Assembly: GCA_051294375.1 (NCBI GenBank)
Contig: CM119266.1
Span: 20,212,729-20,276,728 of the forward strand
DNA: 64,000 bases
Reading direction: 5' to 3'
From: Paraspadella gotoi
Taxonomy: Eukaryota; Animalia; Chaetognatha
Below the pieces are notes generated by a model. The model did not search any database and was not told the origin of the DNA. It was given only the letters and a program-made list of their open reading frames with translations. Every line of letters starts with the position of its first letter. Within the stretch, counting starts at the first letter, position 1. A program made the translations under genes and the position numbers. This document shows positions 1 through 12,885 of the stretch, piece by piece.

Positions 1-3000
1 CCGCCCAACTTTCCGGGTGCCATCGAAATGATGGCGGGACAGGTTATGACTAAAAGCGAGTTTTGTTTATTGTTAAACCTTAAGTCCATAAGTGATAGCC
101 CCCTGTCTTTTTTAGACTGAGGAAAAGCCGAAGAAGAAACGTAAAGCGCGAAAGAAAAAAGAAAAAGACGCGATATCAGCTGCCTCTGATTTGGGCCCCG
201 CGGGCGACGGATCCCCTGATATGGGACCCGTCAACGCGATGTTACCCAATCCTGGTCTCCGATCCTCGCTCATGGGTTCGTTCCTTGCTCCGTTATTGGA
301 TCAAAACTCCAATTTAACTTCCTCGCATGCCCTCTGTCCTTTTGTCTCATGTTGCGTTATTAACATGAAAGTGAGATTTGAAATTTCGGTTCGATTTTCT
401 TAATTTCTAGGCGCGGGTATGGTTCGCGGAATGATGCAAACCGGACCGCGAGGAGTACATCCAATGGGAATGAACGCCCGCTTCCCGGTGGACGGGAACG
501 TGATGGGACCTCGACTGATGATGATGGGGCCGCGACACCCGTCCACTTTAGGGGCTCCGGAAAACTCGTCTCCTGATAAGAATAACGACACGGACAAAAA
601 AATGGCGCCAATGCCAACCGGGAAACCGGCGACGATCACCGCGCTACCGGCACCTGTGAGCGGGGCTGCAGGATCAATGCCATCACCGGCCAAAGCTAAC
701 ATGACGCCGCCGCAGCGTCTTCTTACTGCTCTGGTGTCGGGTAAGAAAAGAAGAGAATGTATGAGAGTGGTTAGAGCCTGTTTATTTTTAAAACAAAACA
801 GTATGGCAACAGCCGGGTTGCCTGTGATGGGATGGGGCATCTCACTGTTGGCTTTGGGGGCTTCCGACCCTCAGTGACGCATCCTGTCACTGGCGCGGTT
901 ACCCTAGGACGGTCTCGCTTTGCCAACGCAGAGGGAAGTCATTAGGACTGTGGATGGAACACTACGCCTGGGATGGTGTGTTCCCCCTCTGAGCCAATGG
1001 ATTTGGCTGAACGATGGTGGATGTGAGGCGGTGTGAATATACCGCCACAACAGACAATTTGTTTTATAAGAAACCCGGGAACGCCCTTTTTTATATCTTG
1101 GGTATATGCACTGCATAATATGCAGTCTTGGTTATATGCAGTCTTACACACTACAGAAGGCTTCATATTATAATATTAGGTACCAGAACACGTTCCGAGA
1201 AAACTACTGGACCAAATTAAATGAATTTAGAATGAACGATCCCTATGTGAATACAAATAGAACTATCGAGGCGAATTTCAATATTTGACCACTGAGCGGA
1301 GATATGGGGCCCCGTAGGGGCAAAAAATGGTCAAAAATTGTTTTCAAATTTTTTCATTATTTTTGTTTTGTACAGTTGCATAGACGTTTATTCTTCCACA
1401 AAAACGTATTTATTACCACAAAAATATTAGTTAACCTTAATTTTCAGCTTCATGAACATCAGCAGTTCAAGTCAGATTTTGAATACTTTTGGAACTTGGA
1501 AGTAAAACGATGAACTATGCATCTTCCAACCATTCTTAATTATTGAAAATTTATCAATTTTAGTTCTTAAAACGTTTTTTTTATATGTTTAAAACGTCAA
1601 TGCACCTAATGCTACTAAAAAATTTTAAAAGATAAAAAAAAAATTTTAGATTTTTTTTGGCCCCCCAGAGGTCCACCCCCAGGGCCCTGTATCTCATGTC
1701 AGGGGTCGAATATCAAAATTCGCCTCGATAGTTCCATTTATATTGTCATTAGAACTCTGAATGTAAAATTCTCATATCGATCCGCCTCGCCACGAAATGC
1801 CCCAATCTTTTTTTTGTCGAGATCCCTCTCGTGAGGCAGACCGATATAGAATTAATATTCTATAAAGGAATTAAAAATTTTATGAAATTCGATCGGGCAG
1901 TGTGGTGGGAACAGATTCTGGTCACAAAAAAGGGGTACTATGGCAACGGGAGGAATGCCTGTGATACCCGTAGGGGCTGCGGATCCTCAGTGACCGCCTC
2001 CTGTCACTGGCATGTTTAGACCGGCTCCGGCACATTTAAGCCAGAACCGGGATACCCAGGGATTGAACCCGGGTTGCACTGTTGTAACGAGATGATTTAG
2101 CCTGCTCAGCCATTGAGACGAGGCAACATTGAGGAAGCTTTAAATCTTGCTGCCACAGTACCTCATTTTATAATATGAAGCCTGTACTCTACGATATTGA
2201 CTTAAGTCGCCACAGTATTTTATTTGCAGGATTATTTCACGTTTTTGCAGAGTTTTGACACTATATTTATCTTTGATTTTTATTTTTAGATTCGTCGGAT
2301 TCTACACCACCGCCTAATTTGTCACAAAATTCGAGACAAAACCAATTGTTAAAGCAGCTCCTTCAAACCGGTCCCCAACAAAAGCAGCAGCAACTTAACA
2401 GTCAACAGCAGCAATCACCCAAAATTATGGGCGCTACCATAACTACATCAACGGCTTCCACTACGACGACAACGATAACCACAGCTTCCCCAACTTTAAG
2501 CACCGTTACTTCTCAAACTGGAGAAACCTCAAAACAATCGATAGATTCGGAAGAAACGGTAATATATTTGTCAGTTTTTTCCAAATAATAAACAGGTGAA
2601 TAAAGTTAATAATACAAAACAAGTTTGAGCAGACAATGTCGGATCTGACCACGATTATATAGAAATTTGTCAATGTGGTGGTTATGGTAATTATGATGGT
2701 TAGGTAATAATGGTAGTTGTTGTTGTAATCTGTGGTGAATCTGGTGATTGTCCTTAAGTGATTATGGTTAATATGGTTAATATGGTTATTATGATTATTA
2801 GGGTTATTGTTGTAGTTGTGGCCGTTGAGATGGTTGTATAATACAGTAGTTGACTGTTTGTGGTTATTATCCTTTTATAGGTGGTTAATACTAGTTATAT
2901 ATTTGATATAATGGTTTAGATGTTTCTTTTTTTAATGGTTCAGGAATCGGGATATGTTTTTTGTACGTAGTAATTGTCTTTTGTATTTAAGTTTGTTGTT

Positions 3001-6000
3001 GTTGTGGTAGTGAGTTGTGCTTGTTAAAGCAATTATTAATTTTACTGTAGTTAAATTTCAGCTCAAAAACACAATTTCTTAACTACACACAACATTTTAT
3101 TTTTCAAACAATCCAATTACAAGGCGTACAGACATACAGACGGCAGACCACAGACCGACCAAGTGTATTATGGAGCCGGGTCTGAAATTCGACTGAATAT
3201 TATATTAAATGAACGCTCGTAATAAAAGTATTAGTGAACAGCAAAATTAATTTCGTTGTAATCTAGTAATTCGTATTGCAAAATGTTCGATTGCCAAGAT
3301 GCTAACATTCGGAGGAGAGGTCACGTTTTCGGACTGATTCGTTCTGTCTGACGAGGGTCTTTTGTCCCTGTTGCGTTACCGGTCGATGAACCGTCACTGG
3401 ATTTAAATAAAAAATTTTTAGGTTAAGGACAAAAACTTAGATTTATCCATTTCCATTTCCGACTGTTGCAAAAATAATCGATGTCACTAACATTCAATAT
3501 AAGATTATTTATTTTGAATTACTTTATTAGTTAATAAAAAAGTTAATTTTTCCCAATTTTTATTTTACATCGTCTTCTGCTATGATTTTTTTTTCAAGGC
3601 TGAAATCTTAATTATCAAATTAAAAAAAACAACTCATGTTAATGGTTATGTTCATTAGTTATTATTCCTACTTCATATTTTGGTTTGAGATATATTTACT
3701 TGCTACTAAAATACCGTAAAAATAAAACTGTCAATTTTTTTTTAAATAAAAACATGCCTTTTTGAAAGTAAAAGTTTGGCTTCTAAAAATTTTTTAAAAA
3801 ATATATAAAAATATAACTTTGTGGCGAATCCTAAATTCGCCTCCCGTAAAGCTTGATGAAACTCAGCTCGTCCCCTTGGCTTGGACAGCTAAGTATTCGT
3901 TCACCAACCGTGAGTTCCGGGTTAAATCCCCTCACGGTCACGCTGGTTAAAGTGTGATGGTGTCCGCATAAACACGCCAGTGACATGGGGTGGTCACTGC
4001 AGGTCCAAAGCCCTGAGCGCCAGCAGTCGGGAGATGCCTCACACCCCGGGCTTCTCACATGTCCCCCGTTTTCCATAACTTGAGGTTTGATTATGAAAAA
4101 CAATAAAAAAGATGATGGTACAAGTTATTCCAAATCAATAAAGTATAATTTTAAGAGTGGTTTAACCTGCGCAGAGGTAACTGAGAGCTACGGGCATTTT
4201 AGATGGCACCGAGATGGCAGGGTTTTGTCCCTCTGCCCAAAGTCTGGTCTTCGGTTCGTAAGCCTTGACGACGTCGACAGCAATGCGAGTGCCGGGTGAC
4301 AATTCTGTCAAACCGCCACATATGACCAAATGTCCCTGTTTAAATAGAAGATTAAAGTACTGATTTTAATTTTTGTCAATTGGTTGATTTTATATTTCAC
4401 TATATATACACAAGTCTCTTTTGTAATGTCAACCTGAAAATGAGCCAAGCCTGGCGAAACGAGCGTAGTATCAAGCCGCGTTAGTTCTGTGAACGCTTCA
4501 GTCTCTACACTAAATTGCAGAAGCATATCATTTAACAGCACATAAATAGATGCGTTTAGGGCCTCGGCTCGAATGAAGGCCGCCTTGTGCGGTAATGGGG
4601 CGATGGTTTTCAAGTAGTTTCCGTTACATCTTTAAGAGGTAAAACAATTTTTAAAAATCTGTTTTTGAGGTCCTAAATTTTAGTTAATTCTTACCTAAAT
4701 CTTTGAACTGTATCGGTTGGAAAATCATTTGCGTCACGCCCGCCAAAAAGGTAAATTTTTTCTTTATAACTTGCATATGCCATTGAGTGAACAGGGGTCT
4801 GTAGTTTTCCAACCGGAATCCATCGGTTTACCTATGTACATAATTTATATTTATGTTTAATTTTATGTCGATCCCTTGTATATTTCTTAAAAAATTGTGG
4901 TTTGTCCAACCTGGACAGCGTATTTTTCAATGGAAGCCATGACTTGACCGTCCGTGATATTGGAATCCTGTGATCCTGGAACAGTTTTCGCTCGACCCCC
5001 GAGGGCAAATATGTTTCCGCCGCCAACTGATAGCGCATGACAGACCCGGCCGTATTTCATTGGAGCGCAAGGCAACCATTGTCTTTGTATATAAAAGTAA
5101 GAATTGTAGCAAGACTACTGCTGAATTGGTTATATTAGTTTTAACGTGAGTAAAGATTTACCGAAAAGTAGTATCCAGCTTCCACACTGTTGTCGGCGTT
5201 AGCTCACCACCCGAAATGTATACATTATTTTCAAAAACTGTTGCCGCATAGTGATAACCCGGGTTTTCTGGTAGCGGGCTGAGGTATTCCCACTTCGGCG
5301 GTTCAGTCAACGAATCGTGCGAACCAAACATGGACGAACCTTTCAAAGTAATTTGAAAGTTTGTAAGCTTGTTTATTTGATTTAAAAATGTAATTTACCA
5401 TAAGAATCGTTGTAGGCGATGACGTTCAAGTTTGGGTCGGGTGTGTTTCCAACTCCAGGAAGACATATTATGCTTTCTTGAATTCCTTGAAAATGAGAGT
5501 TATTGTTGAGTTGATAATATTTTTATGAATAAATTTTAAAGTTACCCGTGGATGCTCGTGGGATTATCCATTCAGAATTCATTTGACCGTGCTGTTTCCC
5601 AGAATGTAGATAATCCAAGGCTCTTTTCAAATAACTCCGACATTCTTTGTTATTATCGAGATTTTTATCATTCATCAATCCAAGAAGTGTTTGCGGTTGC
5701 ATTTGGGAAAATCTTACCAGTGCCATTATCCTATATAAATTATTGTAAAAGAAGTTTATCTTGTGAAAGTTTAGCTAATTAGCTTGTCGCATAGACTAAT
5801 AATAGCTTAACAAAATAATTTAATTTCTATCAAAAATAATCATAACTGTTGGTCGCAGATAAATATAGATGTTTACCAAATTTTTTTACGGCATAATCAA
5901 AGTGACTTGGTGCCCATATCTAGAAAATTTGTGAGAGGTTATCAAATATGATAATCTGTGAAATATGCTATATTGACTTTGATCATGTAACGATATTTTA

Positions 6001-9000
6001 CTGTGGACACATCACTTCACAAGTATGGAACATTTGCATATCAATTTTTTTATGGTATTTTACCTTTCTGCCAAATTTAATTTAAATTGACGCAATTATT
6101 TACTAAATTTAATCGTTATAAATTTCTGACCATGTGACAGCATTTTTAAAGTGCTTTCGGTTCAGTCCTTGACTGGATCTTGTTTCTTTATCACCCGGCC
6201 AGATAGTCCGCTCTTTCTGAAGGACGATGTTTGATCCATCGCATAGCAGATTCAAATACTGATTCCTCTTCTTGAACATTCAGGAAAGGACTGTTTAACA
6301 GGTTCTTAAGTGTGTCAACATTCAAATCCAGGAAACCATCTTCCAAACAAGCTCCTTCAAAGTTTTCCAAGACGAACTTTTCAGATTTTCTGAAATAAAA
6401 TATTCTGCCCTATAGTTTCAAAATTGTTACGGTTACGTTCATGCCTTCTTTCCTTCAGTTACAAAATCGTTCAGTTATTAGATTATTAAGTTTATTTTAT
6501 TTTTAAGGTCTTACTCATAGAGAACTTCTGAGGAATGATCTTTTGCTAGTTGGAGAATCGTGAAACAGTTGGTGACGTCAAGACAGTTGAAAAGATACTC
6601 TGCTGCTGCCGTTTTTAACTTAGGCATGCTGAAACGATTAGAAATTTTAAAAACATCCTGCATCATTGCTGGATTTCCCGCTGAAACTTCCCCTGTATAC
6701 ATGTACGTCAAAACAACCTAAAGAAAAACACAATTTTAATTTTTTCTTAATTCGTAAACTTTCCTTTTTACTCACTTGGAAAACGTCCGGTTTTGTTCCA
6801 CCGAGTTCTATGGTTTTTTTGCTGTCTCCCAATATGGCACTAGTTCTTTTCATTTTCGCTCCTTTGCCAACGCTAATACCAAGAAGCAAATTACGAAAAT
6901 ATGAAGAACAGGCAGATAAAATGAGTCTATGGCATTCAAATTGACTTTGTCCCACGTTCACTACCACATCAGTGAAAAGCAAGTCCTGAATTATTGAGTT
7001 ATTTGAATTATGTTTTTCTATCTTCAAATATGTCTACTTTGATACCTTTTGTGCTTTAGAAGCTGCTGCAAGAATGGCTTCGGCATGATTTGCTGCGTCA
7101 TTAAAACTGAAGGACTTGCTGTCACTAGCTGATACCATTGTTTTTGATGTTGCTCCGCGAACTGAGATGCTGCCGTGAAGAGAATCGATATCATCCATTT
7201 CTGTCAATGTGCTGTCGCTTGTAAGTCGTCGTAACTGTCGGTGTGGTCCGGCTGTTCGGAAAATAGTCACGATTGAGTTTATTTTTTTTATTGAATCATA
7301 TTTAATTTAGTATCTCAAAAAATAATTAACCGTATGGACTTTTAATATGAATTTCGTCATTTTCGCAAATTGTTGAAAGCGTTTCTTCACTTCCGCTGAA
7401 ATTTGGGATGTTGGGGTCCGAGTTGGAGGATGTCCGGTCGAGTTCTAAGGGAATTTGGGGCTCAGTCTTTACATTAGTCAGGCATACTTTAAATCCTTGT
7501 TTACACTTCTTTTTAGCCAAAACTATATTTAACTTATGTTCCGAATTTACAATTTGGTGTTGCATTTTTACATTGTTCGATATTTTTTTATCGAGATAAT
7601 GAATTAGATGAATTATTGACATCGTCGTTGTTACGATTTTTATAATTGAATAATGAAACAAATCCAATAAACTAATATTTATCCTTATAATAAAAGAATA
7701 TTATTATTGCATCTAAGTTTATCAGTATATCGTTATAATTAAATTACTATTTCAAACTACTAGTTTCTATATTTAGTAAGTTCTTAATTTTTTTATGAAT
7801 TAAATTTATTTATATTCTTGATGGAATTTTGATACAAATTTTTAATATCGGCACATGTTTGATAACATTCTTAGTTTTAATTATTTAGTATATTAACTAC
7901 TTGATCGCGGAGTCACCAGAGATGAACCTATAAACATCTTAATCTTATAAGTTTTATGACATTTTCTTCGAAAACAACGGATCTGAATTAGTGAAGTATT
8001 TGGATGCACACTCAAAAGGCTATCTTTTGTAGTCCCACCCTTTTTGGACTTGTGCATCTGGAAAGACAAATTCCTTTTTTTATTTTTTCGTCTTTGAGAA
8101 GGAAGAGGCACGCCCACAGCCGATTTCGATCTGAAAAGATCTTGTTTTCCCGTGACGAGTCGCAAGGACATTTTGGAGTAGTAGATTTCGAAAGCCTTTA
8201 TTCCTTTATTTTCCGCGAAATTCGATTTGGTCCCCGGGATGTAAAGATTTGAGTTTTTAACACAATCGACTTTAAATTTTTTCCCCCTTCAAGTACGAAA
8301 AGTGGTTTCTTTCCTGATGTTGAGCTCGATCGTTGGTCGATTACTTAATGCGATTAACGTTATCCTTAACTTTTCCCCAAGATCTTGGCCCTTCTCGCGA
8401 TGGAGAAAGTTTTCTTTGGCATTTTTTTTTCGTAAATGTGCGACATATGCTTACCTCCGTTCCAACTGTGATAAATATGATCGTATTTGCTAGAATTCAT
8501 CGCCATTGCTAATTTTGTCTTTTGGAAAATTGTAGTGAATTAGGAAAAATAGTTACCAGTTGAGAATAACTGCGATTGCGAATGACTTCAATTTACTTCG
8601 CCACGACAGAATTATGCTGGTCGTCGTGGAGCTCGTATTTCCCCAATTTCGAGCAAATACTTAAACTTCGTTACTTCGAACAGAGCTTTTTTATAAATTC
8701 TTATGACGTAAATAATTACGACAATAGGCAGTGATTATTCATTAGTGGCCTAAAAGATTTTAGAAACACCTGGTTTTATTGTTAAATATACTTATATATT
8801 TATTTGATGATTATTGGTCGGAAGTCCGTAGATGAGTCACAGGTTTATTATGAAAAAAATTGAGCCCTGCATTGTGCGTATGAACAAGCCTGGTCTTGTC
8901 GGAAAGAGTTCATCGTCATCTAATCGAATTAAGCGTAATGTTTTCGATCACAAATTTGTGGTGTTTGTCTGCGACACGTATCTACTGTCCAGACCGGGTT

Positions 9001-12000
9001 CCGAGGTGACTCGGAAATGATATAGGTTTTATGAGTCACCGGATTGGTCAAAAGAAAGTCATAAATATGAAAAAATATAATTTTTGTATTTGTTGCAGGA
9101 CGATGAAGATTTCTTGGCGGCCAACTTAACTCCAGAGCAACGGAAGCAGCTCGAACTGATTGATTCGATGCCCCTTACTCGGGAGCTCTCCTCTCCCCAA
9201 GTAAGTTTAAAGAATAGGCCACTCTGATAACTATTAACTAAGTAAAACATAAATTTTCTCTATATTAGTTTAATGTAAGTAGTATAGAAGTCTATGGCGT
9301 CAGCAGTTCACGGTCCGTTGAGGTTAAACAGTAAACACAAGTCTTTGAACTACATTTCTGACAGAAGCGCCGCAACTACTGTTGAGTTAGCGAAGCATAA
9401 CGATTTATTCCGTATTTAATTGCTTAGACGTCCGGCGGCTCAGACACTTCTTCTGAGCAGCGTACGGCCATTACAACTCCGGGTGGAGGGGGTCCTCAAA
9501 CAATCGCTGAGAACGCGCTCTTTGGTAGGTTACGCTCCAAAATGATTGGTAATTATTATTGCCTAAGACTAGACATGTGACGTAACATATAACATATTCA
9601 GAGCAAAGACGACAAGAATTCGAACTTCGCCGTAAAGAGTTGGGAGTCGCCGTTAATAGCGCCGGAATGGCCGCCTCGAGTTTGACTTCGCCGTCGGGCA
9701 GCGACGACCAAACTGTGCCGGGAATGACGGGCACCGGTATCGTTCCCCGTAAGTTTAAATCTACGTTTGTTATTATCGTCTTCGTGAAATTTTTCGTTTT
9801 AAACTTATTTGGTGTCCCAACTAAACCCGATGTTAAATTATCAACCTCTAAATTGTCAGTTTCAAATTTTATTTTTTTAGATCAGAATGAATATTACATT
9901 TTAAAATTTATAGTCTATTTGTGTTTGTTATTTAAAGGGAATTGGGAAGAAAAAATTATTTTTAATTTTCATGCAAGACAAGTGTACACATGCTTAAATT
10001 TTTTTCTGTTCGTTAATGCTTTTTATGATTTACCAACTAAATGCGTTTAAAATTTTAAGAGAGAGTGAGAGACCAAAGCTTTTAAGGGAGAGAGAGAGAT
10101 AAACTTCCTGACCAAAGCTTTTGAGTGAGAGTGAATGAGACTGACCAAAGCTTTATTGGAAAACACAAAAGAAAATGAGGACAGTTGACTGTTCTTTCCA
10201 CTTTAAACCTAACTTTTTATTGGTCCTTAACTTCCTTTACTTAAATGTAAACTCGCTCTCTTTCTCTCTGTTTGTTTTTTTAAAAATGTTTGGTCAAACT
10301 CATAATCGCGCTAACAAATAATAGAAAACTTCGGAACATGTCTGCACGTCAAAAAAATAATATTTTGAAAAATATAAGGCTTTTTCTTCTCTAAAATTTT
10401 TTTTTCCGAGCATTAGAAACATGAAAAAACCAGACTATAATTTTTGTTATGAAAGAGAATTTATGGATTTTTTTTATTACAGAAGTGTTGTATAGACTTT
10501 TGGTGAAAATAACCAAGCTGTTCATAAGTAATAGTACTAAACCTTTCCTGATGTTTGCGTTTTTTTATATTTGAATAATTTTTTACGTACATTTTATCCA
10601 TATTTTTTTTCTTTAATCTCGTTTTTTTATCCCCGCAGCGATAAAAGGAAAGAAAAAAGCTACAGGTGGACTGACAAAGAAGAAGAAGAAAGAGCGAGAG
10701 CTGCAGGAAGCGTGCGCCGCGGCCGCCGCACAGATCGCCAGAACCATGGGCGAGCCGGGGGGAGGCATGGGCCCGCAGGGAAGCGGTATGTCCGGTCCCC
10801 AAGGGGGGAGCGGCATCGGCCCACAGAGCGGCGCTCTTCCCGGGCCTCAGGGGACCGGGCCGTCACCAAACGGTCCACCTTTTACCAGCGCACCTGGATC
10901 CTTTCAACGTCAGTTAAGCCTGAGATAATATAATTGAAAGTTTGTTAAAATATTTTAAAATTACGTTTTAGGAAAGACAGTCTTTCCTACTTCGCTTAAA
11001 ACAACGAAACGAAAGAAACTTAACACAAAATTAAGTTTTAAATTTTTGTTTTCACTAGCTGCTCCTGGCTTGATGCAACCAATGTCCCAACATCTGGCCA
11101 TGTCCGGGCCTTCTGGGCCGTCTCCAATGATGTCAAATCCTATGATGTCCAACTCACTGATGAGTCATCAAGGCGGCAGCTTTATGCCACATCAACAGGG
11201 ACCGCACGGCCCTCAAAGTCCCCTTGGGCCACACAGCCCTCATGGCCCGATGATGGGGCCTCCGGTCAGCATGATGGGCGGACCGCAGGGAGCGACCGGC
11301 ATGATGGGTCCGCCCTGCTCTGCGGGACCAGGGGGCCCTATGGTATCCTCAGGACCCATAGGTGTGGCCACATCCATGGGACCTGTCGGCCACATGGGGC
11401 CCGTTGGTCCGATGGGGCCCGGCGGTCCCATTTGTTCGATGGGGCCTGGGGGTCCCATGATGAGCATGAATCCATGCCACACACGGCCCTCAGACCAGTC
11501 GCCTCCCCCAGCTTCCGGACCAAAGCGTAAACGTAAGAACGGTCCCAAGACCGGGACCGCCGCCGCTTCGCTCGTCGCCGGCCCGCCCTCCGTTGGCCCG
11601 CCTCCACCGCCTCCGCCGCCGCCCCCGGGACCCATGATGATGGGACCTGTGAGCGGCGTGATGGGAGCGGGATCCACAGCCGGGCCAGAAGACTACGAGG
11701 TCTTCACTGAAGGCATCTTGGCTCAACTTCGCTCTATGCCGCAAGTTCCCCTGATGGAACCTGTCGTCAAACGATCCTTTACTGAATGCCCAGCCTACGG
11801 GAGCGGTCCAATGAACGGTCAGGATTAATAAAAATCTTTTAAATACAACAATTCATTTTATAGTTAAACCAATTTAAGTATATTTCAAACGACGCTATTT
11901 TTTATCCTTCAGGCGAATCCCTATTGACTGGGGTATTTGGAGCGGCAAAGCCCGAGTCTCGCCCTGATTACTACACCTCGTTTCCCTTCGGCAGTGGCGA

Positions 12001-12793
12001 CCGATTCAAGCGACAGTCGCAATTGCTAGAGCACCTTACGGGCTTACATGTTAGCATAAAAACGCTTAATGATTTTCTTGAATTTTCAACTCTATTCATT
12101 TCTTTCATAAATGTTTTCAACATCTACAGCCGGGTTCGAACGTCCCCAATGGCGGAATACCCAGTGGCGATGGAAGTGGGCGTGGCGCGCCTCTGCCACC
12201 GTCGTCTACCGCAAATATTTCCAGCGTCGCCGGTGTCGTCGATTTCCCGCGGCTTGGACCGCCGTCAAGGTACCCACTTTTTTCCCCCTTTTTTTCCCCC
12301 AAAAGTCGTAGTTTTATAATAGTGTGTTTATTGGAATTCAAAGCAAACTCGACACTTCCCGCGAAACTTGTCTGTTTTTCATTTCATTTCTACATTTTTT
12401 ACTCTTTTTTTTTTTGTTTTTATCATCGTTTTTATATATGTAGGTTCGTCGTCATTGCAGGACTCTTAAAATTTTTCTTTGTATGTAGGAGAATTTTGTT
12501 TCAATAAATTTTCGAGTAAAAAAGTGAAAGTAAATGAAGAGTTCCGTCCGCAACTCGAACCCCTTATTAACCCTCGTTCTCGGCTTTAATAGTCAACCTC
12601 TTCAAGACGCGGCTTCAGTTCATGCCGCCCTGAGCGAGATGGGTGTCGGTGGGTCCGCCCTTGCCGCCGCCCTTGCCCTAAGTCCAACGACCCCCCGCTC
12701 CCCCCCGCCCCCCATTGACGACCTCGAGCTGGGTCCGAGGTGAGACCACTCAGCTCTTTACAGCTTACTGCTCCTCCCCAAAGCGCACGCTCC

Positions 12794-12885
<92 letters not shown>

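Noticed and set aside
3050-3190. Possible Helentron/DINE-like remnant with cagac repeats
   Set aside because: Too short and degenerate; no subterminal IR or hairpin could be defined
7893-8510. Possible additional minus-strand nested gene upstream of the Kelch gene
   Set aside because: Coding-like composition but all frames are interrupted and no domain or consistent splice model was found
11046-11828. Collagen-like standalone gene (GPxGPx repeats)
   Set aside because: No sustained Gly-X-Y register; it is a Pro/Gly/Met-rich internal exon of KMT2C/D bounded by splice sites
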